A stretch of DNA of 64,000 nucleotides, taken from positions 78,740,001-78,804,000 of the forward strand of contig CM126212.1 in assembly GCA_052327205.1 (NCBI GenBank). Reading direction: 5' to 3'. Position 1 is the first letter of the stretch; the number at the start of each line of letters is the position of its first letter. Positions 38,151-51,086 of the stretch are shown here, one piece after another. The notes under the pieces were generated by a model. That model ran no database searches and was not told the origin of the DNA. It saw only the letters and a program-made list of their open reading frames with translations. The position numbers and the translations under genes were made by a program. Source of the stretch: Somniosus microcephalus. Its lineage: Eukaryota.

Positions 38151-39465
38151 CCGATCAGCAAGTTGTTGTTGTTCTTTATCTGGTAGCAGCATCACAGTAG
38201 TTTAGAAAATGTAATCTTTGCTCAAATGGCATTGCTACCAAATGGCAAATACAATTCAGCACCAGTGCGACAATTATAAACACAGGCCCATTATCTCTTT
38301 ATAAAGTTAAAAACGAGTTCAACGAACCTTTATAAATTATATTTTTACTTTGTGTGCTCAATAAATTCTGCTGTGTCTAATAGGGCACAATACTGTAGAA
38401 GACATGGGAGAAAAACAACAGTAATTGAAAGCTCTAGAAGTAAAACACTTTCATTACTTATCGATTGATAGTTAACAGCAGCCAATGTGGTTCGCATTCT
38501 AAACACTTGATCAGTGCTGCCGTGGATTCCAGCATTGCATATAATAGAATAAAGCTGTCGCTCTGAAAGTTTTCAAGGGCAAATGGGAGCAGGGATGTTG
38601 AAAAGCTGAAAGGTATTACGATTGTAAGCCAACCTATTTCATACATTGGAAAAAACTCAGGGTTAAAAAGGTTTCATAAAGCAGTCTCATTCAGAGGAGA
38701 AGTGGCTGGACTGCCAAGGACCATTGCTCACCAGAGGCACCACTTGCTCTGAAAATGGCCACTCCTTTGACTTTAATTGAAACCTACCTCTACACTCGAA
38801 ACAGAAATATTTTTATGGCCACTGAGTTCAATTTATTTTATTTACATATTTTAGATTTTAAAGGGCCAGCTTTTGCCCGTATCTGCGCTTATGGGCCTAG
38901 AAATCTGATGGTGCTCGGAAACGGGCGCACGGGGGGGGCGTGGCGTGCACTGCACGTGCCTCTTCTTGTGGGCTCAGACAGCACGCAATATTCGTGCTGC
39001 CTGATCATTTTAATCACAGAGGTGTGCAGCCAGCGCGACCCGCACTATTCTGATGCCACTTAAAAGCAGCCTTAAAGGAGAGGTAGACTTTAGCTGCAGA
39101 ACAAAGTGAACACTCAGCAACATCTAAAATGTCTGCAACAAGCACTGAGAGAGCACCAAGGTTCTCCGATGCTGCCTTGGAGGTCGTGGTACTGGCAGGA
39201 GACAGGAGGAGGGAGATTCTCTTCCTCCAGGGAGCAGGAAGCCCTCTCGGTTGGAACTCAGAACACAGTGGCGAGTGTTTCACACCCATAATATGACTGG
39301 AATGCCAGAAAAAATTCAATGACCTCATTGGAATTGCCAAGGTAAGAAGAATGCTCTCTGACTCTCTGCTCACATGTCCCTCACAATACTCCCCTCCCCT
39401 GCCTTGCTTCACTTTAATACAATTACTACAATACACCTCACTACACTTCCTTCTCCTCACACTTC

Positions 39466-41857
39466 GGGCTCGATTTTAATGAAGAAGGCGGGTTGACGGC
39501 AGGCCTGCTGCTCGGCGTCTTTCAGACCCGCTCTCGGTTGCCGCTGCCCCGCAGATGAGATTTTAGGTTGATTGGCCTCGTTACAGCCGACGTCCCTCCA
39601 GGCAATGATTTGCAGAGTGTCAGGTTCTCGCCTGTTTCTCACGTTGTTTCAGTAAAGATTTAAAGGGACCATGTCCCCTTTGCAGAAGCATTAGCTTTTT
39701 TCTGTCAAAAGTGCTGGCTGCTGCAGGAATGGCAGCGCCAAAAACGAAGGCTGCACCCAGGTTCAATGAGGACTCCCTCCATGCTCTTGTGGAGGGAGTT
39801 ATAGGACATCAGGAGGTCCTCTTCCCTGGAAACGGAAGGGGGAGGCCTCCTCAGAAAACCAAGGCAGCTTGGCTGCAAATTGCTGAGGAGGTGAGTTCGA
39901 GGTCTTTGTGCAGATGCACATGGAGTCAGTGTCGAAAAAGATTTAATGATCTGCTGGGATCACCTAAAGTGTGGCCTCTGTGTTCTGGGAAGTGGAAGTT
40001 CAAGAGTGAGAGCTCAGGGAGAATTCCATTTAGAATGTTGGTGGTGACACTGAGCACAACCACCTTTTATTGGACAGATGATGCCTGGGGTTTTAAGAAT
40101 GTCAGGCTTATATTCATCTCCATGTGCCAGCCACCTGTGGTTGAAGCATGAGCTTACTCGAATCTGGCATGGATGATTGCATCCCTTGCCTGACGGCCAG
40201 CAATGTGGTCGCCTGCTGCTGGGTTGGCCACATCCGGCCCCGCAAGGCGTCGCTCCCCGTCCTCCTGCTCGTTCTCCTTCTGGTCCTCTTCCTCATCCTC
40301 TTCCTCATCCTCTTCCTCATCCTCTTCCTCTTCTGAGGAGGGCGTGTGCTGAGCCACTTGTTTGTCCGGCAGCACTAAGCTGTGCTGCTGTGTGATGTTG
40401 TGCAAGGCACAGCAGACCACGACAATTCTGGACACCCTGGCTGGTGCATACTGCAAGGCTCCGCCAGATCTGTCCAGGCATTGGAAGCGCATTTTGAGCA
40501 AGCCGATGGTTTGCTCGATGATGAATCTGGTGGAAATGTGGCTGACATTGTACCGCCCCTCAGCTTCTATTGTTGGCCTCCTCATCGGTGTCATGAGCCA
40601 CTTTTTCAGGGGATAGACCTTGTTGCCAAGAAGTATCCGGAAAGTTGGGTTGGTGGATGGAAGAGCTGAGGCACAGTAGACTGGCGCAGGATGAAGGAGT
40701 CATGGCAACTGCCAGGGTACTTTGCGCAAACATGCATGATGATCTTCCTGTGGTTACACACCAGCTGGATGTTCAGGTAGTGGAATCCCTTGTGGTTGAC
40801 AAATACAGCTGGGTTGTGATAGGGGGCCCAAATGGCTACATGTGTGCAGTCTATGATGCCCTGCACCATTGGCAAGCCTGTCATATTGACAATGCCAACC
40901 ACACGCGCCGTCACACTTGGGCCATCCATGGAGAAGTGGATGAAATTGAGGGCCTTTGCAAAGAGGGCATCGGTGACCTGCGTGATGCAGGTGTGTGCGG
41001 CCGACTGGGAGATGCCGCTGATGTCTGCAGCTGATCCCTGGAAGGAGCCCGAAGCAAAGAAGTTTATTGCGGTGGTGACTTTGACAGCCACTGGTAAGGG
41101 GTGTCCACACTCTCCTCTGGGCTCCAGGTGTTGGTGCAGCATTGCGCAGATGTCAGCAACTATCTCTCTCAAAAGTCTCAGCCTTATTTGGCACTGCTGC
41201 TCAGTCATGCTGAGGAAGCTGATCCACTGCCTGCAAACCCTGTGTTGGGGGTATCTCCTGCGGCAAGGTGCAGCCCTGCGCTGAGGCCCTCCACCCTGTG
41301 CATCATCAGGTGGGTGAGGAGGAGGTTGCCGCTCCTGGTGCTGGTGCTGCTGTTGTGGCTGGTTGTGGAGCTGCCGTGGCTGCTCTTCCTCCGAATCTGA
41401 CAACCAGGATGAGAGGATATAAATGGTTCCCATCCTGTTGCTATAGATTTCAGTTGAGGCAAGAAGTTTGCAAGCGCACAGTCAAAGTGGCCTGAAATTA
41501 TTCCATTCAGGTCACACTGCAGATGGGTGTCAGCTTGACCAGTCACAAGGTCAGTAGATTTGCAAAATCTTATCCCAAACCTCCAACAACAAAATTATTG
41601 CATTTGAACGTCAGCCATGTTACAGAAGCGCTTTTAAAGCTCTGCACCAATAATGACTACAATTCATGTCCTCGAGAAACTCGTTTCCTTGCAGCTGGCA
41701 TGTTTCTGACAAGACGGGAAACAGGGCTGACCCGACACTCACGAAAATCGGGTATGGGTGGGATGGAGGCGGGTTGGGTGTCTGAAGCCATTTTTTCCGA
41801 TTTTTGCTGCCCATCCGCCTTCAAACCTGCCTCCTCAATGTTGTTAAAATCGAGCAC
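39466..41857. mobile_element. Nested Harbinger (subfamily A) lacking Myb exons 2-3
   Basis: TIRs gggctcgattttaa / ttaaaatcgagcac; 240-nt Myb exon 1 at 39729-39968 (APRFNEDSLHALV..WSQCRKRFNDL). Confidence 0.9.
40154..41433 (-). pseudogene. Harbinger DDE transposase (HARBI1-like)
   Basis: [48 protein letters not shown]; frameshift near 40635 and GDKG changed to GNKV. Confidence 0.92.
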
Positions 41858-43680
41858 TAGATGTTCCCAAATCTAGAGCCCCCTGGAGGTCAAGGTGCAT
41901 AATTGTAAGATAAGGCAAAAAAGGGAATCTTATGTCAAATACTGAGCATTCAATACTGCAGAAAGCCTAGAGGAGTATAGAAAGTGAAATTAAAAAGGAA
42001 ATTAGGAAAGCAAGGAGAGGGCATTAAAAATATTGGCAAGTAAAATCAAAGAAGACCCAAAGATGTTTTATAAATACATAAAGAGCAAGAGGATAACTAA
42101 GGAACGAGTAGGGTCTATTAGAGACCATAAAGGTAACCTGTGTGTGGAGGCAGATGACGTGGGTATGGTTCTTAATGAATATTTTGCATCTGTCTTCACA
42201 AAAGAGAGGGACAATGCAGACATTGTAGTTAAGGAGGAGGAGTGTGAAATATTAGATAGGATAAACATAGTGAGAGAGGAAATATTAAAGGGTTTAGCAT
42301 CTTTGAAAGTAGATAAATCACCAGGCCTGGATGAAATGTATCCCAGGCTGTTAAGAGAAGTAATGGGGGAAATAGCAGAGGCTCTGACCATCATTTTTCA
42401 ATCCTCTCTGGCTACAGGCGTGGTGCTGGAGGATTGGAGGACTGCTAACGTACCGTTGTTTAAAAAGGGAGAAAGGGATAGACCAAGTAATTACAGGCCA
42501 GTCAGCCCAACCTCGGTGGTAGGCAAAATATTAGAAAAAATTCTGAAGGACAGTGTTAATCGTCACTTAATAAGGCACTGATTAATCAAGGACAGTCAGC
42601 ATGGATTTGTTAAGGGAAGGTTGTGTCTGACTAACTTGATTGAATTTTTTGAGGAGGTAACAAGGAGGGTCGATGAGGGTAGCACATTTGATGGAGTCTA
42701 CATGGATATTAACAAGGCTTTTGACACGGTCCCACATGGCAGACTGGCGAGAAAAATAAAACCTCATGGGATCCAAGGGAAAGTGATAAGTTGGATCCAA
42801 AATTGGCTCAGTGGCAGGAAGCAAAGGGTAATGGTCGATGGGTGTTTTTGTGACTGGAAGGCTGTTTCCAGTGGGATTCCGCAGGGCTCAGTACTGGGTC
42901 CCTTGCTTTTTGTGGTATATATCAATGATTTAGACTCAAATGTAGGGGGCATGATTAAGAAGTTTGCAGATGATACGAAAATTGGCCGTGTGGTTGATAG
43001 TGAGGAAGAAAGCTGTAGACTGCTGGAAGATATCAATGGACTCGTCAGGTGGGCAGAAAGGTGACAAATGGAATTCGGTTCGGAGAAGTGTGAGGAAATG
43101 CATTTGGGGAAGACTAACAAGACAATCGAATACACAATAAATGGTCGGATACTGAGAAGTGTAGAGGAACAGAGGGGACCTTGGAGTGCATGTCCATAGA
43201 TCCCTGGAGGTAGCAGGCCAGGTAGATAAGGTGGTTAACAAGGCATACGGGATACTTTCATTTAATAGCTGAGGCAAAGAATATAAGAGCAGAGGAGACT
43301 GAAGGGAGATTTACTTGAGGTGTATAAAATTATGAGGGGCCTAGATAGAGTGGATAGGAAGGACCTATTTCCCTTAGCAGAGAGGTCAATAACCAGGGGG
43401 CATAGATTTAAAGTAATTGGTAGAAGGATTGGAGGGGAATTGGGGAGACATTTTTTCACCCAGAGGGTGGTGGGGGTCTGGAACGCACTGCCTGAAAGGG
43501 TGGTAGAGGCAAAAACCCTCATCACAGTTAAAAAGTAGTTGGACATGCACCTGAAGTGCTGTAACCTACAAAGCTATGGACCAGGAGCTGGAAAATGGGA
43601 TTAGGCTGGGTAGCTCTTTTCCGGCTGGCACAGACACAATGGGCCGAATGGCCTCCTTCTGTGCTGTAAATGTATATGAT
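41858..43680 (+). mobile_element. 5'-truncated CR1 LINE
   Basis: ORFs 42033-43538 ([31 protein letters not shown]) and a CR1 tail. Confidence 0.92.
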
Positions 43681-45254
43681 TCACTCACAAACTCACCATG
43701 ATTACAGCTCTCATTTACCCACAGCTTACATCTAACACAATGACTACCAGCTATTCCACCATGGCAGGCACACCTCCCAAGACTCTCAGTAACGCACTCC
43801 CTTCTTTCTTGCAGGATAAGGTTGCTCACAACTTCAGACAGCAGACTGGCTTCGGAGGAGGAAGAGCCCGCCTACACACCCTCAGCTCCCTCGAAGAAAG
43901 CGTGCTGACCACCACGGGCAGGGGCAGAGCTGAGGCCGTGTCGACTGGCAATGCTGGAGGAGACGGCGTGCAGGGTTTTCTTTGTAGCTGATCCTCATTT
44001 TACCTTCTGACTTCTGTCTCATCATACACACTCCAGCTGCATGTGCTTTCACCGCCCCTCTGCTCTCCCATCACACCACAAACTAACCCTTGTACCTCTG
44101 TCATTCCAGGTGCCGAAAATGTGCAAACCTTTGCCAGATGTGAAAGAGGAGGCCAAGCCTTCTTGAAGATGCACCATCACACGATCTCACCCTCGTAAGC
44201 ACCAGCTCAGATACTGGCCCCACGCGTACTTTAGAGGCAATATTACAAGAGGCGTCGACACGTGCTGAATCACTGGGCACAAATGTGCAGGAGCTAGGGC
44301 AAGGGGATAGGATGGCGCAAGTGCCAGCTTGCTGGAGGGTGAGATCACACACTAGTTCTGCTGCTGTGCACTCAGGTGCAGACTTCAAGGGCCCAGGCGA
44401 CCACAGAAGGCTGATGGGCATACACCAAGAGATGCTGGGTGCACTGGGCAGCCTACCAGCGAGCTTGCGCACAGTGTTGCAGGGCATTGAGAAGTCCAGC
44501 TTCATTAACACCACAGTGGCACCATCCCCCACCCACCCCACCCATCATGGAGCCTCTCCTGACAACTCTAACAGTTGACATAAAAACTAAAATAGCTGCC
44601 CTCTTGGCTTTGGGGGTCAGTGTCGACAAGGGATTACAGAGCATCACATCACTCCTGCACTCTGTCCTTACGCAGAGCTGCAGGAGTACTGAGGCACTAG
44701 CTCAGAAGAGTGGCCTTGGCTCCATGGGAGAGGCACCTGCTGTCCTCTCTCAGGATGACAGCATGTCTGCTCCCCTGCCGCACATTCCGCCAGTGCCCTT
44801 GTTAGTGCCACACAGCCAACTGGGCCAGCCTGCCCTGGCCCACGCTAAGATGCTACAGTCTGCAGCCAGACCCTCAAGCCCCAGAGCTGCTCGATGGCAT
44901 CCACCACAACCATCTGAAGTGTCCTTAATGGAAGCTCAGCAACCTCCCACCTCCCAAGCTGTAGCAACTGGGGAAACACTTCATAGGAGCACCAGGATAG
45001 GTAAACGAGCACATAAGGGTTTGCCCAAGGGTGATTTGTGATACTTTTTGTAAAATACTGATCGGCTGTGAGAATATTTGTTTGATAAATTTGTTTTTTT
45101 GGTCTGCATTTGAGGTTTGTGTTTATCTATGTAGTGAAGTGAGGTTAAGACCCATAAGTCTGGGCTGAAGGAAGACAAGCGGATGGTGGTAGTAAGGACA
45201 CTGGTAAGGATTGTGGGGCGGTTGGTGTATTGCGTATTTGAGGGCTGATTTTGG

Positions 45255-46294
45255 TGAAATGCTCCTCAATGAGCTGGTCTCTTAGAGCTCTGGTAGCTCA
45301 GGGCACTGGTGGTCACTGCCACTCCTCCTCCTCCTCCTCCTCTTCCTGCTCCTCCTCCTGCACTTGTGGCTGCCCAGGTAGTGGTAAAGGCTGGTCCGTC
45401 ATGATGGTGAGGTGGTGCAGCATGGATACCTGCACAGAGGTGTACTGCAAATGTCCGGGTAGTGGAAGCGTTGCTTGAGTGCGTCAATTTTCTGTTTGCT
45501 CATGTTGCTGATGGTGGTAGGACTCTCATTGTAGGTGTACTCTGCAGCTGTGCACAGGTTCCTGACTGGGGTCATGACCCTTGCCTGGAGGGGAGAGCCT
45601 GTAACTTGCTGGCCTGGTTGGAATAAAGGTGGCACAGAGGACTGGCGCGGCATGAATGAGTCAGGACTGATGCCAGGATAATGGGCACAAACCTACAGTG
45701 CCTATGATCGCCAATTAGCTGTACGTTGAGGGAGTGGTATCCCTTACGATTGATAAAGATGCCAGGCTGGAGATAGGGAGCACATAAGGCAATGTGGGTA
45801 CAGTCAATGGCACCTTGCACCCTGAGGAAGCTTGCCATGTGGGCGAAGCCTAATGCTCTCTCGTCCTGCTTCGCTCTGTCCATAAGGAAGGAGATGTATG
45901 GGTTCCTCCTGGCATAGATAGCCTCGGTGCCCACTCTGATACAAGGACAAGACTGTGAACTGCGATATGTCACTGATGTTGCTTCCTGCAATCCGAAAGG
46001 AGCCCATGGCATAAGTAAGGGCCATGGTGGCCTTGACAGCCACAGGCAGTGCTGTCCATGGCCTATACTGAGGCTCGAGTAATGGCTGCAGCAGGTGACC
46101 TAGCTCGGTGACAGTCTCCTTAGTGATGCAAAGGCGCCTGATACTTTGCTTCTGAGTAAAGTTAATGTAATAGAAGTGCTCCCTGAGTAGTGCCCTCCTC
46201 CTCCCTCTTCTGGCAGCTGCTCCTGCTCTCTGGTGCCTTCTTATAGCTCCTGTTTATTCTCCAGCCCCGAAGGCAACCCTATGAGACCACCCAT
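45255..46294 (-). pseudogene. Decayed Harbinger transposase (subfamily B)
   Basis: MGGLIGLP start; RVQGAIDCTHIAL, NRKGYHSLNVQL; multiple frameshifts. Confidence 0.85.
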
Positions 46295-47740
46295 GACTGC
46301 AGCCAAACTATCTCTGATCCAGCCAACAGCAACAGTACAACACCAGCAGCCTGAATTGACAGACCTGCAACTAACCTGTAAGCATTGCAATAACCCCTTT
46401 AAATAGTGCTGGTGAAGGGTCCACCATATCAGAAAGTCAGGAGGCCGTTTAGTGCCTGAAGAACGGGCGCTGCGCAGCTGAGTTCCTCGGCCATGATTTT
46501 TAATACAAAATATGCTCGTAATTCTGAAAACTACAAAGCAAAATTATCGCCCAGAACTAGAACGTGGTTTTCAGCGAGCACCGTTCAAAGTGAAAACTGC
46601 AAACTGATTTCTTTATTTTGTGCGGAAGCAAAAATATGGAGGTAAAAATCATCCGCGTCTGTGTTTGGGAGCAGATTTGTTGACATTCGTGTCAGTTTGC
46701 GAGTGGAATCATGATGTGTCCAGCGCACAACAGACGTATTTCAGGGAGTGCAAGCTCTCACTTCCCACTAAGGAGAATGACATTTTTATTGTACTCGCAG
46801 GCCTATGAGCACAGATTTCTATTTTGAAGTAAAAACACAAATACATTTTAGTATAACTTCTAAGTCATCTGTTTTGTTACAATATGTACCTAAGCCTTTC
46901 TGACACAACTTTCAAAACAAGACCGAAGAGATAAAACACAATATACAGAGAAACTCATTAATAGCTAAATTAGATGAAGTGCAATTCCATTAATAGAAAA
47001 AATCTTCCAATCATCCAATTCACTTTCAACAAAACTTATTAAATTAAGATTCCTGTTATAATGGCGCGATTCATCACAAATTATAGAGGGATTTTGAGTT
47101 GAGAATAACGGCGATGCTATCAGCGCTCACCGTTATTATGGGGTAAATCGGACAGCAGCTTCCAGAGCCCGCACATGAGCAGTAAACCGCGGAAATCAGG
47201 AAGTTGCTGTCCCAGTTGCCCTGTTCTTCCATAAGCTTTGCTAGACTGGTACCTCACCGAGAGACTAAGCATTAAAACACATGAAGGGTTTGAAGTTGCT
47301 GTATTTACCCACTAAACATGCCAGAGAAATTTAGGGCTGGTGCATTCAGGTGTAAGAAAACTGTTAACAGCGGGATAAATCTTAATTACCATCAAACAAA
47401 CTCTCTGGCCCTGAATTTTACAAATGTGGAGTCTCATCCTTCAGAATTTAATTATGGAGATTTTTTAAAAATATGTATTTTTTTACTTTATCTTTCTGTC
47501 TCTTTTATCTCTCTCTCTTAGCCCCTTCTTTCATTCCCTCTCTTTATTTCACTTTCTGTTCGTGATTTTACCTTGAATGAAGTATTCTAATTGATATCTG
47601 CTGGTTTAGACTCTGCGTGTCTCAGTGGGGATTCTTCAGTCTGATTGGTTGAAGAGACACGCGGTTGCGTGCGTCGCTCACGCACGCCACAGTTCCCCTG
47701 TAGAGGGCGCCACACTGAAAAGGATCTCTAAATACTGTAA

Positions 47741-47971
47741 TAAAAACAGAAAATGCTGGAGATACTCAGCAGGTCAGGCAACATCTGTGAAGAGAGAAAC
47801 AGAGTTAAAGTTTCAGGTCGATGACCTTTCATCAGAAAGGTTCTGACGAAAGGTCATCGACCTGAAACGTTAACTCTGTTTCTCTCTTCACAGGTGTTGC
47901 CTGACCTGCTGAGTATCTCCAGCATTTTCTGTTTTCATTTCAGATTTCCAGCATCTGCAGTATTTTCTTTT
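47741..47971. mobile_element. Penelope-like inverted pLTR hairpin insertion
   Basis: ~96-bp near-perfect inverted arms (47741-47836 / 47841-47936); 14-bp TSD tctaaatactgtaa (47727-47740 / 47972-47985). Confidence 0.8.
47839..47875 (+). ncRNA. Minimal hammerhead-ribozyme-like motif
   Basis: GGTT-CTGACGA-A-AGGTC(atc)GACCT-GAAA-CGTT-AACT: both core boxes, stem II, palindromic stem III and a short stem I. Confidence 0.6.
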
Positions 47972-49786
47972 TCTAAATACTGTAAGTTGCTGCTCAAAAG
48001 CCCCTGAAAAGTCTGTTGGCAGCTGTAAGCATAATGAATGGCAAGTGCCGTTCCTTCGCCGCTGACCACAAAATCGGGGTCAAAACCTTTGCCAATTTTG
48101 CAGTCTGCCAAGGCTCATACTACAGGCACTCCTTAAACAAGGAAGTTGTTGGTGCCATAACGTAATGCTTACGGCAACTTGAAAGGAGGCTCATCGGATG
48201 TCAAGCCCACCACAGAAACCTGGTGGGATCCAGCAGAGTGGCCAGAAGAGGCCAAGATAAGTAATATTTTTTACTCTTCGGTAGAATTGCTTGGAAGCCA
48301 GGAGGAGCATGAGTCCTGAAGGAATCCTTGGGTCTTCCCTGTCCCAGCCCTCCCTTCACCTCCCTACACCGGCATCTGTTTGGGAACACCCCCAGCACTT
48401 ACCTTATGCAGGGGACCATTCCTTTGGACCCAAGCGGCAACAGGCTCCCACCCAATCCCCAGTCCCGACCGCCTGCCTTGACCTAATTCTCACCGACTTT
48501 GGGAGGGAGTTCAATTTTAAATACTGCTTCCTTCAGAACTTCTGTGTGTGCAACCCTACTGTGAAAATCTCCCCATGCGTCTTTAGAAATCCAAATCGCT
48601 GTTACTAGATTACAAGATAAATGGACGTAACACCAACTCATATTAGAGCACCAGATCCCTTACCAGCACTAGATCACTGGGGAGATGGCCACATCACTTA
48701 TTAGCACCAGGTCACCAGGGTCATAGGTATACACTAACCAGCACCTGTACTGCTCAGTGCCTTTTCCGAATGCATGATCCTACTGCTCTGTGGCACCATT
48801 AATTTCTACTGTAATCCACTGTTTACCCAAAATTCCAATGTTATAATTTAAATTAATATTTGTCTTGCATTTCACACATATAGTTCTTGATACAGTGTAT
48901 TTTGGTATCACAAGAAAATTTTAAATTGTAAAAGGATTGCACACACATTAGTTACCATGTGTAAAGGTAAAGATAGAGCTCATCATTAAAAGATCAGGTA
49001 GCTTACAGAATTGACTCTGGTGACAACCCAGAGCACAGAAATATTGGGAGAATTTGTATTGAGATGCCAATAAGAAAGTCACAGCCTTACCACAGCCTAA
49101 TACATCCTCCAACAGACCTCTTTCATCAAATACGAGAAGCTCAGCAGTTGCAGAAGCAGTGGTATTCCATATGATGACATGGCCTGGGAGAGAGCTCCAT
49201 AGGCAAAATAAGTGATGTGTGAAGCTCCACTGTTGACATCCTGAGCAGAGCTGATACAGAATGTGGTTTAGATTCTCATATAGACAGGAGTCTGAAACAT
49301 CAGCAATTTGTATGGTGCTGCACTGATCTTATAGAGAATCGAAAGTTCACACAAATCGCTCAGGTATGCCAAAGGATGGACTCTGGAATAGAGTAGGACA
49401 CCCTCATCTAATCAAGGGCATTAATGGTTTTGGAGTGCACTGGGGTCAGAGTGTAAGAGGTGGTTTTTCACGACAGACTGATGAGCAGAATTACAATATT
49501 TCATCTTTGGGCAGGTGTAGGTCTTGTAAAACACCGAGGTTTCCAAAAGTCACAAGACTAACCTTTTTTGAGGATTCAAACCGTTCGACAACCTTTTCCA
49601 GCCAGCGTCAGCATTTGCTTGCCCCAGCATGGACTGAATATACAAATATATCCCCTTTTTTATTTTTTCATTATGCAATAATGCACATTACTGCAAATGC
49701 TTATTTTAAATATATTGTAATGAATACAGATTCAAATGGCCACTGTACATTTATATAATAGAGAGACACTATTTTACTTGTCAATA

Positions 49787-49990
49787 ATGTGCGGGTTAGG
49801 TTGATTGGCTATGATAAATTGACCCTTAATGTTAGGGGGATTAAATACGTGGGGTTACGGGGATAGGGTGGGATATGTGTTGGTGTAGGGGTTACGGGGA
49901 TTGGGTGGGATGTGTGTCGGTGCAGGCTCGATGGGCCGAAATGGCCTCTATCTGCATTGTGGGGTTTCTGTGATTCTGTGATTCTGTGAA
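49787..49990 (+). mobile_element. HE1-like shark SINE, 3' part
   Basis: gttaggttgattggctatg..aaattg core and a CR1-like tail (gatgggccgaaatggcct..(tctgtgat)n); family name from recall. Confidence 0.65.
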
Positions 49991-50809
49991 TAACTGTCAT
50001 CTGTATCAACAACAGTGAGTTCAAGACCAGAAACCTTTCATTAATATTGATCCCCAACCAGTAACCTGGAATAATCACGTTTGGCCTCATTGCAGGGTAA
50101 GCTTTTCTTTTAGATTATTGTACCAATGAAAAAGCTTCAAAGTAAATATTTTCATTGGTACACAGGTACATCAAGGAGAAAAGCCTCCCATGCAACAGTA
50201 ACCAGTCTATTAAAGAAAAGGCAAGTAAATTAGAGGAGGTGTCCAATTAACTTAGACAGAGAAAAAAATAAGGGAGTATTTCAAGACACCAAGAAGAAAT
50301 ATTTTTGATAGGCAACTATCCAAATATATATCTTGAGTAGCAATAGAATCCCTCTATTTTGTTTTCTTATGGTAGTTTACTTTAAAAATAAACAGTATAC
50401 GTTTCCTTCTGGGACCAAAATTCTACAGAATTATGTGAGTCAAAACAAGACTACATGGAGTCACAATGTCATCACCACCAAGAATGAGCTGATTGGACAC
50501 GAAACAATGGCATTACCAAATCTATTGTTAAATGCTAGATTTCACCATAACAGATTATGATTAAACTACTGATATTTCAAATAAAAAGTTCGGGTGGATT
50601 CCCCTATAAAAGTTAGCAACTGAAGGCTCCTTTGAGAAATGTGTTACCTTTGCAATAGTGACGGAAGCATCGTCAAGGTTTTGATTGTTGAAAATGTGTG
50701 ACTTTGAAGTTAATATTCATTTGCCTTCAATTGCTTGCATTTCTTAATAATCTTTGTGTTACTTATTCCAATTAGATCGATCAACCATCACTTCAATGAA
50801 TCCCCTATA

Positions 50810-51086
50810 CGAATCCCTGGTTAGACCATACCTGGAGTACTGTGTTCAGTTCTGGCCACCACACCATAGGAAGGACATATTGGCCTTGGAGGGAGTGCAG
50901 CGTAGATTTACCAGAATACCTGACTCCAAGGGTTAAATTACGAGGACAGATTACACAAACTAGAGCTTTATTCCTTGGAAGTTAGATGGTTAAGGCAAGT
51001 ATATGGTGATAGGTCACAGATCAGCCATGTTCTCACTGAATGATGGAACAGACTCGAGGGATTAAATGGCCTAGTCCTGTTCCTAT
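50810..51086 (+). mobile_element. CR1 3' fragment
   Basis: [23 protein letters not shown] and a tail similar to 28400-28962. Confidence 0.85.

Larger units (their letters stand above)
38863..46552. mobile_element. Outer Harbinger (subfamily B) with a nested Harbinger and a CR1 in Myb intron 1
   Basis: Ends gggccagcttttgc / gcaaaattatcgccc; Myb exon 1 ~39129-39341 (MSATSTERAPRFSDAALEV..ECQKKFNDL|gtaag), exon 2 ~43815 (DKVAHN..GGG), exon 3 ~44110-45041; minus transposase 45255-46294. Confidence 0.8.
47088..48080. mobile_element. Probable Harbinger-type MITE hosting a Penelope-like hairpin
   Basis: Degenerate ends gggattttg / caaaatcgggg; boundaries approximate. Confidence 0.45.

Noticed and set aside
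49091-49245. Possible minus-strand exon (gtaagg donor, ~50 open codons)
   Set aside because: No clear acceptor and no recognisable protein; compatible with chance
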